This document shows, piece by piece, positions 1-9,193 of a stretch of 50,559 nt of DNA. The stretch lies in the NCBI GenBank assembly GCA_048941015.1, contig JBHLNZ010000017.1:1-50559 (forward strand), given 5' to 3'. The notes beneath the pieces are model-generated. The model worked only from the letters and a program-made list of their open reading frames with translations, searched no databases and was not told the DNA's origin. The DNA is from Promethearchaeota archaeon. Lineage in GTDB: Archaea > Asgardarchaeota > Lokiarchaeia > Sigyniarchaeales > SOKP01. Position 1 is the first letter of the stretch. Every line of letters begins with the position of its first letter. Position numbers and translations under genes: made by a program.

Positions 1-777
1 GTTTTTGTTAGAAATGTAAGAGGTTGGGCTTCTAAACCTTTAGAACAACAAGAAATTGATGAATTTTTAGAAAAGAAGGAAGAATGTAAAGGGGAAATTT
101 GGCCATTATTATCTCATAATAGCTACTTAATTAATTTAGCTACCTCAGATCAAGAAAAGCTTTCTAAATCTTATGATGCAATGTTAGATGAATTAATTAA
201 AGCTGAGCAACTTAAATTAGATTATGTAGTAATGCATCCTGGAACCCACAACTATGAAGACGAAAATGAATCAAAAAAGTCAGGATTAAATCGAATTGCA
301 GACCAATTAAATAAATTAATTAACAAGACTAAAAATTCAAATGTAATCATCTTATTAGAAACTGTTGCCGGACAAGGTCATAATTTAGGGCGGAAATTTC
401 ACCATCTAAAGCATATTATTGATAAGATTAATGATAAAAATCGAATTGGAGTGTGCTTTGATACTTGTCACGCATTTGCTTCTGGCTATGATTTTACAAC
501 CAAGAAAAAGTATGAAGACATGTGGAGTGAATTTGAAGATATAATAGGCTTACAATACTTATTTGCCTTCCACCTTAATGACTCTGAAAAGGGATTAGGA
601 AAGAGAATTGATCGCCATACTCATATAGGTCAAGGAAAAATAGGAAAAGAACCTTTCGGCTTTTTTCTAAATGATAATAGATTTCTTGATCATCCTGGGA
701 TATTAGAAACTCCAAAAGGCAAAGATTTAAAAGAAGACGTAATGAATTTAGCAACCCTAAGGTCATTAATAAAATAA
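1..777 (+). CDS. nfo: Endonuclease IV (AP endonuclease 2 family), 5'-truncated by the window edge
   Basis: Frame is open from base 1 (VFVRNVRGWASKPL...SHNSYLINLA), upstream of the listed Met. Motifs HPG, LLETVAGQG, CFDTCHAFASG, HLNDS, DRH, ILETP. Confidence 0.95.
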   Translation, partial: VFVRNVRGWASKPLEQQEIDEFLEKKEECKGEIWPLLSHNSYLINLATSDQEKLSKSYDAMLDELIKAEQLKLDYVVMHPGTHNYEDENESKKSGLNRIADQLNKLINKTKNSNVIILLETVAGQGHNLGRKFHHLKHIIDKINDKNRIGVCFDTCHAFASGYDFTTKKKYEDMWSEFEDIIGLQYLFAFHLNDSEKGLGKRIDRHTHIGQGKIGKEPFGFFLNDNRFLDHPGILETPKGKDLKEDVMNLATLRSLIK

Positions 778-778
778 G

Positions 779-1186
779 TTATTCTTCTACTTCAAACCAG
801 ACAGGAGTTTTATCATTTACTAGTCCATTATAATTCATAGTCAATTCTTCTCCTTTGCTAATATCTTTTATAGCTTGAAATTCAATTGATTTATTTTCAT
901 AATCATAAAAATATGCTACATTTGGTTTATAAGAATGATTAATAAATTGACTTTTACTAAACGTAATAGCATTTTCAAATTCTGGCATATGTTTTGGATC
1001 TGCCCAAATGTAGCAATAATGATATATTATTGTATCTTGAATCTGTTCATAATCTTCATTAGGAATTAAGATAACTGGTGCGATATCTATAGTTGTACCT
1101 TTCTTAATATTTTTGCAGGCAAATGCCCCTCTACCTTTCTTTTCAGAAACATATTTTACTGTTATAAATTCATGCAATTGTATCAC
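779..1186 (-). CDS. Stand-alone SET-domain protein (putative protein-lysine methyltransferase)
   Basis: KGRGAFA, FINHSYKPN and GEELTMNY SET motifs; no pre- or post-SET Cys cluster. Confidence 0.9.
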   Translation of the reverse strand: MIQLHEFITVKYVSEKKGRGAFACKNIKKGTTIDIAPVILIPNEDYEQIQDTIIYHYCYIWADPKHMPEFENAITFSKSQFINHSYKPNVAYFYDYENKSIEFQAIKDISKGEELTMNYNGLVNDKTPVWFEVEE

Positions 1187-1249
1187 ATAATTATTTGTTT
1201 TGATAATATTTGTTAATTTTAAAGATGGTGCTGAAATATAATTAAGATT

Positions 1250-1837
1250 TTATTCAATAGAAGCGTGTCGCTTATTAATATCTCCTTCTGTTACCCCTAA
1301 TATTTTCATTAGTACTCCTGCAATTGAATCTAAAATTGAAAATGCTGAAATATCAAAAAGAGTCGTATACGGAGCATAAGTAATTTCTAAAAGTGCTTTA
1401 TCTTTACTTTTACCCAAAATTTCAATTATTAAATTAGAGATTCTAGCTATTGAACTCATAGAATTTGCTGTGAACAAGATAATTGTTCCTCCTATTTCTT
1501 TTGCCTTTTGAGCTATAGCTACAGTAGAAGTAGTCTCTCCGCTGCCAGAAATTAGAATAAGTAAATCATTCTTAGTGTATTGATATGTGATTGCATCAGA
1601 AATGAAACAAGATTTAATTCCTAAATGCATTAGTCGTTGGGCGAAACATCGTCCAATAAATCCTGATCTACCTGCCCCATAGATGAAGATCATTCTATTG
1701 CTAGCGTATATCTTAACGATTTTTTCAATTAGATCGTTCATTTTATAAAAATCGAGTGATTCTAAATTTAATTTTATATTTTTATTAATTTCATTTATAA
1801 TATTATGAAAATGCTCTCTATTTTGTTCTATATCCAT
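1250..1837 (-). CDS. hxlB: 6-phospho-3-hexuloisomerase (SIS domain)
   Basis: IFIYGAGRSG, FAQRLMHLG, ISGSGET, C-terminal RHASIE (canonical RHANLE). Confidence 0.85.
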   Translation of the reverse strand: MDIEQNREHFHNIINEINKNIKLNLESLDFYKMNDLIEKIVKIYASNRMIFIYGAGRSGFIGRCFAQRLMHLGIKSCFISDAITYQYTKNDLLILISGSGETTSTVAIAQKAKEIGGTIILFTANSMSSIARISNLIIEILGKSKDKALLEITYAPYTTLFDISAFSILDSIAGVLMKILGVTEGDINKRHASIE

Positions 1838-1858
1838 ATCAAATTTCCCCCTAATTTT

Positions 1859-3106
1859 TTAATCCTCCTTATATTTCTCTGGATGTACACACCTTTTCCA
1901 TTGTTCTACAGTTTCTTTAGGTCCTAATCCAATTAATAAATCTCCTTGTTCGAAAATAAAATCAGGATTGAAACTATAAATCCATTTATTTTCTCTCTTT
2001 AATGCAATTATATGAAAACCCCTTTTATAACGCTTATTTTGTAATTCTTTGTAAGTTTTATCTTTAAAATATGAATCCTCCGAAAGTGTCTCTCGAACTA
2101 CTACTTCAGACGTTTCTTCAATAGCTTTTTGAAGTACTGCATGAGGTTCAAATCCTTTTAAAATATTTTCAGCTATATTTGCTGCAGCATCAGAAATCTG
2201 TTCGCATGAAAAAACAATTCGCATTATTCCAGTGAGATCTCTTGGTGATTCTATCATATGAGCAAAATAAAGAAGATCCTTTTCGAATGCTATGTTAAGA
2301 CCATCCATTAATTCCTCCATTTCTATTACATCCTCAGCAACTTCATAACTGTTAAAAAATAGAGCTGCTAAAGCTAATTCAATCATAGTTTCAGAGATAT
2401 CTGTTATATAAACATAATCTTTCTTAAGTTCCTGAATTTCTTCAAATATTTCAGGATCGGTTAGATCAAACTCATTTTGTATCGGTTCTTTTTCAAGTTG
2501 AAAGGTTATAGCCTCTTCATCACATACTATATTTTTCAATTCTTTAATCGGTTCAAGTTCTCCTTTTATTATTAAGATATCATTATTTTGAATTCTTTCA
2601 TCTCTTTTAAAAATCCAACCTCCATTTCTTTTAATAGCAATTAAGTCTACTCCATACTTTGATCTAAAATGTACATTTTGGCGATTCTCTCCTATAAATC
2701 CACAATTCTCGCGTACTGAAAGTTTAACAATAGGCTCTGGCACTTCATCCCAAAATAATTGTGTAAAGTGACATATATCACTGTTAATATACACTACTTT
2801 TGCAATATCAGCGAGAGCATCAGAAATTTTATCAATAGAATATCCCATGACTACAATTGGCTCCAATTTTTTAGCTTCCTTAAAACCACCTGCCTGTGTT
2901 TGAATAATTTGTAAATTCAATAAGAATGTTAATTCATGAATTCTTTTCTCGATTTTAGAAGCTTCATCAGCAATTTCTTTACTTCCAAATTTTATAGCAC
3001 TATATGCTAAATCTATCATGAGATCTATGTGTTGTTTCATCTCTTTCAATATTTCTTTTAACGATAATGGTTGATATTTAAACTTCTTTCTTTTTTTACC
3101 TTGCAT
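1859..3106 (-). CDS. Duplicated PhoU + TrkA-C (RCK_C) domain protein
   Basis: Two units, each a PhoU-like helical part (LMIDLAYSA / TMIELALAA; DKISDA / EQISDAA) followed by TrkA-C (LIAIKR..W / IIALKR..W). Confidence 0.8.
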   Translation of the reverse strand: MQGKKRKKFKYQPLSLKEILKEMKQHIDLMIDLAYSAIKFGSKEIADEASKIEKRIHELTFLLNLQIIQTQAGGFKEAKKLEPIVVMGYSIDKISDALADIAKVVYINSDICHFTQLFWDEVPEPIVKLSVRENCGFIGENRQNVHFRSKYGVDLIAIKRNGGWIFKRDERIQNNDILIIKGELEPIKELKNIVCDEEAITFQLEKEPIQNEFDLTDPEIFEEIQELKKDYVYITDISETMIELALAALFFNSYEVAEDVIEMEELMDGLNIAFEKDLLYFAHMIESPRDLTGIMRIVFSCEQISDAAANIAENILKGFEPHAVLQKAIEETSEVVVRETLSEDSYFKDKTYKELQNKRYKRGFHIIALKRENKWIYSFNPDFIFEQGDLLIGLGPKETVEQWKRCVHPEKYKED

Positions 3107-3139
3107 CTTTTCCTTTTTTCACTCTTTTTTGATTTTTTT

Positions 3140-3691
3140 CTAAATAAATATATAGATAAATATGATAATAAATAAAGGTGTTAAAAAATCAGCAGCAGAA
3201 GTTACAATTGGTATTAAAAAATTATTAGGATCCTTCCCTCGTTTAAAAATAAAGATAGCGCTAATAAATAGAATAATGAATAAGATAAAAAATAGTAATA
3301 AAATGGTCAATAACAATATGCCTATAATTAAAAAAGGATTCACAATTGCTATGCCTATAATCATTCCTACGATATAACCTAACGTAATTAATGCAGCTAA
3401 GCTTAATAATATTGTTATTAACAATCCATAAAAGTCTTCTTTCAATCTGTCCGATTTTTGAACTTTTGCTTGAATTGTACCAATATAAAGATGTGAGGTT
3501 AATCGAGAGATTAATACAGTTGACATATCTCCAATTAATGAGTTTAATGAAGGTAAAACTAAAAGGATAATAGGGAAAGTATAAAGGATTTCTTCATTTC
3601 TAGACAAAAGACTTCCTGAAACCATTCCCATAATTGATGATATACTAACAATTATAATTGATTCTTTAAAGATCTTTTTAAAATAGTCCAT
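3140..3691 (-). CDS. MgtE/SLC41-type divalent cation transporter membrane domain
   Basis: LPSLNSLIGD, SRL, GKDPNN..IP..TSAAD motifs; about 5 TM segments. Confidence 0.8.
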   Translation of the reverse strand: MDYFKKIFKESIIIVSISSIMGMVSGSLLSRNEEILYTFPIILLVLPSLNSLIGDMSTVLISRLTSHLYIGTIQAKVQKSDRLKEDFYGLLITILLSLAALITLGYIVGMIIGIAIVNPFLIIGILLLTILLLFFILFIILFISAIFIFKRGKDPNNFLIPIVTSAADFLTPLFIIIFIYIFI

Positions 3692-4246
3692 TTACGGCAC
3701 CCCCAACATTACTATTGTCAAATAAAAGCTAATAACGGTGAAGAAATCATCAATCGCTGTCATAATAGGATTAACAACATTATTTGGATCTAAACCACGC
3801 TTAAACGCGATATAATTCAATAATGTGGAACATGGAATAGAAATGGATAAAGTTAATATTATTGAGATTATAGGTATCACGACAATTAGTCCGATAGGAA
3901 TAATAAATACCCTTATGAGAACAAAATTTAATAAAATACTGATGATCCCAATAAGAAATGCTGTTATTAATGAAAGAGAATAAGTGGCTAATACATTTTC
4001 TAACCATGTTCGTCCGTTAAATTCTCCTATTATAAAGTCTCGAGAAGTTCGAGCGATAAATGGACCACTAATGTTTCCTCTTAGTGAAAGCAATGCGGGT
4101 ATTATTAAAATTAAAATAATAAAACTTTCAAATGGTATAATTAGAAGTGAGAGAACAATTCCTGCGAGAATATCTCCCAAAATTGAAATAATCTCTGAAG
4201 GAAATGTTTGCTTAACAATTTTAAGCTTATTGTCTTTAGCTTCCAT
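3692..4246 (-). CDS. MgtE/SLC41-type divalent cation transporter membrane domain (second paralogue)
   Basis: IPALLSLRGNI, GLDPNNVVNP..TAIDD; directly abuts the next gene. Confidence 0.8.
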   Translation of the reverse strand: MEAKDNKLKIVKQTFPSEIISILGDILAGIVLSLLIIPFESFIILILIIPALLSLRGNISGPFIARTSRDFIIGEFNGRTWLENVLATYSLSLITAFLIGIISILLNFVLIRVFIIPIGLIVVIPIISIILTLSISIPCSTLLNYIAFKRGLDPNNVVNPIMTAIDDFFTVISFYLTIVMLGVP

Positions 4247-4469
4247 AAACCATCCTCAGAATCAGAAGATTCTATAGAATCATTATCATTCATTTTTCTT
4301 AATTTCTTAAAGGTTTATAATTATATAAATATTCTTAATATACCTCAAGAATTTTAAAATATGCTATAAACTTGATTTCCATAACCAAATTAACCATTAA
4401 GTAGATATAAAAGTGAATAAAATGCTACAAATTAGGTGTGCCTAATAAAAATAATAAAAAAAATAAGAT

Positions 4470-6884
4470 TTATTTTTTTATTCTCTTTTGAGTTGATGCA
4501 ATTATACTTAAAAGAGCTACAACCGTAAAGCCAAAAATTAAAATTGGCTCATATCCAGGTATTCCAGGAACCTGACTTAAATCAATGTATGCAAAAGCAG
4601 AAATTATTGCATTTGGTCCCCAAGCTTCAGTTTGGAAAGTAATAGAATTAGATTCATAATCATAGATTATTGCATCGTAAAAATCAGACGGTGGTGAATC
4701 CCATTGATTTGTTCCCGACATATTAAAAGCAAAAAAGAATAATTCAGTTTGATTCAAATCGATTGATGAGGGAAAAGTAATAGTAAAGGTTATGTTTCCA
4801 TCAATTAATCCATAATTAGTTATCAGCTGATCAAAAAATACTAAAGCGGTACCATTTGGTAATGTTATGTTGGTTGGATTAAAAGGTATAACACTATAAA
4901 TATATTGAGGTGTAGGAGCTCCAATAGATACATTAAGTTCTATATCAACTGTAATGTCTAACATGAAATCACTTTGAAGAGTAAACTGATTAATACCAGT
5001 AGATAACTGTTCATTGAATTTTGGGTACATAGACGCATAACTCCATTCTGAGCCTGGTACTGGCATAGTCATCCATCCATGCATCATAATAATTCTTCCC
5101 GATGTGGGATCAAAATTAAATGTAAGTGCCCTGTCTAAGGTTGAGTTTCTTAACATCACATAATCGGTTGAGTATGTAATATCATCATAAACTGGACTAA
5201 ACATATCAAATAGATTTTCAAGATCTGAACCTACAGTATTTTCAGGCATTAATATAGGTGGTCCACCTGCTTGGAATATCAACGGAGAAATAGGCCAATA
5301 AATATTAGCAATTGCTATTATACCATAATCATCCCAAACCCAAGATTCTGTAGTTATATCCCAAAGTTCAAAATCAGCTTCCAGATAAGAAAAGAATTGT
5401 AGTTCTGGTTGTTCTGAGGGTACAGTTAGAGGAACACCCATATAACCATAATCATTAACAAGCTCAGTCATATTTACAAAGACAGAGTGAGATTCATAAA
5501 TAGAAACCCTTAAATCTTCAAGTTCGCCTCCATTCCGTTTTAAGTAAAAACTATCGCCCACATTTAATGTCCAATCAACAAGAGTTTGAGTTTTGAGTTG
5601 ATAATATTGAATATAAGGTTCATCTTTAACCAAATAAGAAACAGTCAATCCAGTTGACTTATCTACTTTCACATGGCCATAAGTAGTTCCTGTAGAATTT
5701 TTAAGAAACGATTCAAAATAACTATTTTCAGTATAATATATCTCATCAAAGGGAGTTTCCAATATTCGAAGTGTATCATTATTCCACATAAATTCAAAAT
5801 CTTCTCTATCGAAATTACTAGGATATAAAAAGCTCGGGCTTGAGCCTAATGAATCAAAATATTGAGGATAAAAATTATTTGCCATAGCAAGAATCACATC
5901 TGAACCATCTAGTTCATAATCAGTTCCATTCCAATCAAAAATATCTGCATATACAGCTTGAAACATCATATGAACTGTGTTATTTCCAAAACTATTTTTA
6001 CTCTTCTCAACCATGATATTCGAAATATCTGTGATATTAATTCTTTTTTCTTCAGCATCACCAATCCAGTCTGATCCCTCAAAAAAATCGTAATATATTT
6101 CATCTCCTATATTTACGCCCCATTCCAGCTCATCAGTAATATTATAATCAAATACTCGCTTAAGTGTAGTATTTATATGCACTGGTCCGCTTCCCATATT
6201 TGCCATTAAAAATGCTGTTCCATTTTTTAAAGTACCATTATTATAATAATACCCATCTAGAAAGAAATGATCAGTTGAGTTAGAGAAATAAATCCGGTTC
6301 TCATTAGGATCAGATTCATAATAATCATATTGATTATAGGTTGTTTGACCCATTGGATAATAATAAGTCTCATTTAAAATATCATCAAGAATATCAACTT
6401 GGAGATTGTTTGAACCGTTTAAAGGAAGAATGAAAGCCATCCCATTATACCCTGCTCTATACTTATGTTTCATCATCGTATCTGAATCATTATATCCAAA
6501 AAGAGCAAATTCAGAGGATTGGGTATAAGCTTCAAGTTTATCGCTGCTAGCATTATAAAATAATTGTGTAGTATTCAATTGCGAAAATTCATTAAGACCA
6601 TGCCAGTCAAGAGTTACATTTTCTATAGAAGTTATATTATAAATCCAAATATCCTTGAACATTTGATTAACTTCACCTGTGGATTCATTGGAAATAATGC
6701 ACTCTACTTCATAATATAATTCATCTCCTTCATTAACTTCCCAATGCCATCCATTATGAACATTTTCTTCAGGAATATTAGGTCCAGCTAAACTTATTGG
6801 ACTTAATTGCCCTAAAATCGTTGTTATTAATAATATGCTAAAGAGTACAAATATATAACTTATTCTTGTTTTTTTATTATTCAT
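4470..6884 (-). CDS. Large secreted/surface glycoprotein with three internal repeats and a C-terminal Loki-CTERM-like sorting signal
   Basis: N-terminal signal/TM segment; many N-x-S/T sequons; repeat starts WEVNEGDELYY / WGVNIGDEIYY / WTLNVGDSFYL; C-terminus is IPGY + TM helix + KRIKK. Confidence 0.8.
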   Translation of the reverse strand: MNNKKTRISYIFVLFSILLITTILGQLSPISLAGPNIPEENVHNGWHWEVNEGDELYYEVECIISNESTGEVNQMFKDIWIYNITSIENVTLDWHGLNEFSQLNTTQLFYNASSDKLEAYTQSSEFALFGYNDSDTMMKHKYRAGYNGMAFILPLNGSNNLQVDILDDILNETYYYPMGQTTYNQYDYYESDPNENRIYFSNSTDHFFLDGYYYNNGTLKNGTAFLMANMGSGPVHINTTLKRVFDYNITDELEWGVNIGDEIYYDFFEGSDWIGDAEEKRINITDISNIMVEKSKNSFGNNTVHMMFQAVYADIFDWNGTDYELDGSDVILAMANNFYPQYFDSLGSSPSFLYPSNFDREDFEFMWNNDTLRILETPFDEIYYTENSYFESFLKNSTGTTYGHVKVDKSTGLTVSYLVKDEPYIQYYQLKTQTLVDWTLNVGDSFYLKRNGGELEDLRVSIYESHSVFVNMTELVNDYGYMGVPLTVPSEQPELQFFSYLEADFELWDITTESWVWDDYGIIAIANIYWPISPLIFQAGGPPILMPENTVGSDLENLFDMFSPVYDDITYSTDYVMLRNSTLDRALTFNFDPTSGRIIMMHGWMTMPVPGSEWSYASMYPKFNEQLSTGINQFTLQSDFMLDITVDIELNVSIGAPTPQYIYSVIPFNPTNITLPNGTALVFFDQLITNYGLIDGNITFTITFPSSIDLNQTELFFFAFNMSGTNQWDSPPSDFYDAIIYDYESNSITFQTEAWGPNAIISAFAYIDLSQVPGIPGYEPILIFGFTVVALLSIIASTQKRIKK

Positions 6885-7080
6885 TTGAACTAAACCCTTT
6901 ATTAGAATTTTTAAAAAAAAGATTTTTTATTATTCATAATTTAGTTCATCTGAATATATATAATTGTAGTAGAATTAGACATATTTGTATAAGTAAGCAC
7001 CAATCCTTTAAGTTTCTTTATGATTTTAATTCAGACTAATAAAAATTATATATCTAATTGATATTACATCAATTAATTAG

Positions 7081-7809
7081 ATGACATTTAAAAGATACAG
7101 CTCAAGAACTCAAGCAGGTAAATTTTTAGCTAAATTCATACTTGATAAAGACCAGACTTTATGTAATAATTTGAAGTCTACACCAGATCTATTTTTTACT
7201 TTTGCAATACCAAATGGAGGCGTTCCTGTTTCTGAGGGCTTTTGCTCATATCTTAATATTAAATATGATGTTTTAATCGTAAGAAAAATCAAAATCCCAT
7301 GGAATACTGAAGCAGGATTCGGCTCAGTGACAACTGATGGAACTGTGTTGATAAATAATCCCTTATTAAATCAACTAAATCTCTCTAATAATGAGCTTCA
7401 ACAATCAATAGAGTTAACAAAACAAGAAATAAAAGAAAGATTAAAGTATTACAACAAACCAGAGAACCTAGAAACAGTTTATCAGATTTTTGTTCGAGGA
7501 AAAACAATATTTTTAGTAGATGATGGTCTAGCTTCAGGATTCACCATGCTAGCAGCAATTAAAATGATTAAGAAATATCAACCGAAAGCTCTATTCATAG
7601 GTGTTCCTACTGCTCCAAAACATACGATTAAACGAATTGAACAGGAAGTTGATAATATTTATTGTCCAAATATTAGGAATACCGCATGGTTTGCTGTAGC
7701 TGATGCTTACCAATATTGGTATGATGTTCCTGAATCTGAAGTTGTTGATATCATTAAAAAATCAAATTATTACCATGGGAATTTGAATTCAGGTAAAGCT
7801 ATCCAATAA
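7081..7809 (+). CDS. Type I phosphoribosyltransferase family protein
   Basis: AIPNGGVPV, VRKI, PRPP loop VDDGLASGFTM. Confidence 0.9.
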   Translation: MTFKRYSSRTQAGKFLAKFILDKDQTLCNNLKSTPDLFFTFAIPNGGVPVSEGFCSYLNIKYDVLIVRKIKIPWNTEAGFGSVTTDGTVLINNPLLNQLNLSNNELQQSIELTKQEIKERLKYYNKPENLETVYQIFVRGKTIFLVDDGLASGFTMLAAIKMIKKYQPKALFIGVPTAPKHTIKRIEQEVDNIYCPNIRNTAWFAVADAYQYWYDVPESEVVDIIKKSNYYHGNLNSGKAIQ

Positions 7810-7833
7810 AAGAAAAGTAAAAAAAATTAAAAT

Positions 7834-8100
7834 TTATGAACTTATAAGTTGGAAGAGAATCGAAGCGTGAGGAATGAAGAATTGATCTCCTTTCTTAATT
7901 ACCACAGTATGGAAATATTCTGCCAATCCTAAGAAACCACGAATAACAGATTCATCTTCTTCAAATTTAAAAACAACTCGAGCAATAGCAGCTCCAGTTC
8001 CAAAATTTACCTTATCATAAACCCGCTCATCAATTAGCGGAATTTTAAGTTCATTAACGATTTCATAAACTCTTTTAATGAATAATTCACGTTTAGGCAT
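7834..8100 (-). CDS. Small hypothetical protein (88 aa)
   Basis: AAGGTG Shine-Dalgarno-like motif upstream, protein-like composition; no family recognised. Confidence 0.7.
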   Translation of the reverse strand: MPKRELFIKRVYEIVNELKIPLIDERVYDKVNFGTGAAIARVVFKFEEDESVIRGFLGLAEYFHTVVIKKGDQFFIPHASILFQLISS

Positions 8101-8361
8101 TCGGTTTTAACACCTTTTAATATTGAAAAAATAATTATTAAAATTTCTAATGAAATATGATATATAATATTATTAGATTTAGGATTTTTAATTGTTTTTT
8201 TTTTTAGTTAAGTTTTTAGCAAGTTTCTACATCATTTATGGTTTAACTATTCAAAAATTATAAATTACATAAAAACAAAAATATAAATTAATAAAATAGA
8301 ATTATCACTATAAGTATATAGTAAACTACTTTTCAATAAATTTCGAGGATTTGATTTTACC

Positions 8362-9072
8362 TTGGTTTCAAAAGAACAAAAAAAGATTGAACGCGTAATA
8401 AATTTTATGAAGAAAGGTTTGACTTCTTTACAAGATGATCTTGAAGATACTGTAAAAGGAATAAATGACTTCGTAAAATCATTGAATAAAGCATTAAAAG
8501 ATTTGAAGGAAGTTACGGTTGAAACAGAAGTTCAAACAGTTAGCACCTCCTCTAAACAAATTGCTGCTCCTTCTTCAAACGCGAAAACAGCAGCAGCTAG
8601 TACTTTATTTAATCTTTTAAGTGGTGGAGGCAGTGGCCCTGGAGTTCCAGCAGCAACAACTGCAGCTGGTCCTCCTACTTCATCTGGACTTCCTAAACCT
8701 CCAAAAGTTGGTCCTCCCTCAAAACCAATAAGTGGAGGTCCTCCTAAGACACCTTCATCTGGACCACCAGCAGCACCTACATCTGGACCGCCAAAGAGAC
8801 CAAATTTACCACCTGCTCCAAAACTTCCTCCTACTTCGGGAGGTACGCCACCTGCAGCCCCTCCAGGGGGGGTAACTAAAGCACCTGCTTTTGCTAAAAG
8901 ATCTGGTCCTCCCGCAGCACCCTCTGCAGGACCTCCGAGAGCCCCAGGACCTACATCTCCTGCGTCACCAGCTGCGCCAGTAGCTGTAAAACCCGGTGGA
9001 GGTTTAAGCTCTCTTCGCGACGAGATGTTAGAAGAATTAAACCGCTTAAAGAAAATTATGAGAGGAGAATAA
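8362..9072 (+). CDS. Coiled-coil / proline-rich / C-terminal amphipathic helix (WH2-like) protein
   Basis: N-terminal heptad pattern; about 120 aa rich in P/G/A/S; ends GGGLSSLRDEMLEELNRLKKIMRGE; GAGG upstream of the TTG start. Confidence 0.8.
   Translation: MVSKEQKKIERVINFMKKGLTSLQDDLEDTVKGINDFVKSLNKALKDLKEVTVETEVQTVSTSSKQIAAPSSNAKTAAASTLFNLLSGGGSGPGVPAATTAAGPPTSSGLPKPPKVGPPSKPISGGPPKTPSSGPPAAPTSGPPKRPNLPPAPKLPPTSGGTPPAAPPGGVTKAPAFAKRSGPPAAPSAGPPRAPGPTSPASPAAPVAVKPGGGLSSLRDEMLEELNRLKKIMRGE
8665..8965 (+). repeat. Degenerate peptide repeat P-(T/S)-S-(S/G)-G-P-P within the proline-rich protein
   Basis: PTSSGLP, PISGGPP, PSSGPP, PTSGPP, PTSGGTPP, RSGPP, PSAGPP; DNA units such as cctacttcatctgga / ccttcatctgga / cctacatctgga. 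Confidence 0.7.
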
Positions 9073-9193
9073 AAAATAAACCATTTTTTCTAATATTGAA
9101 CTCTATTATTCTTCACTTTGGCATTTTTGTTTATCAAATCTTTATATAAAGTACAAAAAAGATTTTAATATTTTAAGATACCAATAATATTCG

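Noticed and set aside
779-1186. SET protein as a histone methylase, or as a methylase of Arp Lys73
   Set aside because: Short stand-alone SET proteins are widespread in prokaryotes; the gene is 9 kb from the Arp and nothing in the sequence indicates its substrate.
8635-8995. Horizontal acquisition suggested by the local GC rise
   Set aside because: The GC increase comes from Pro/Gly/Ala codons; third positions remain mostly A/T as in the rest of the window.
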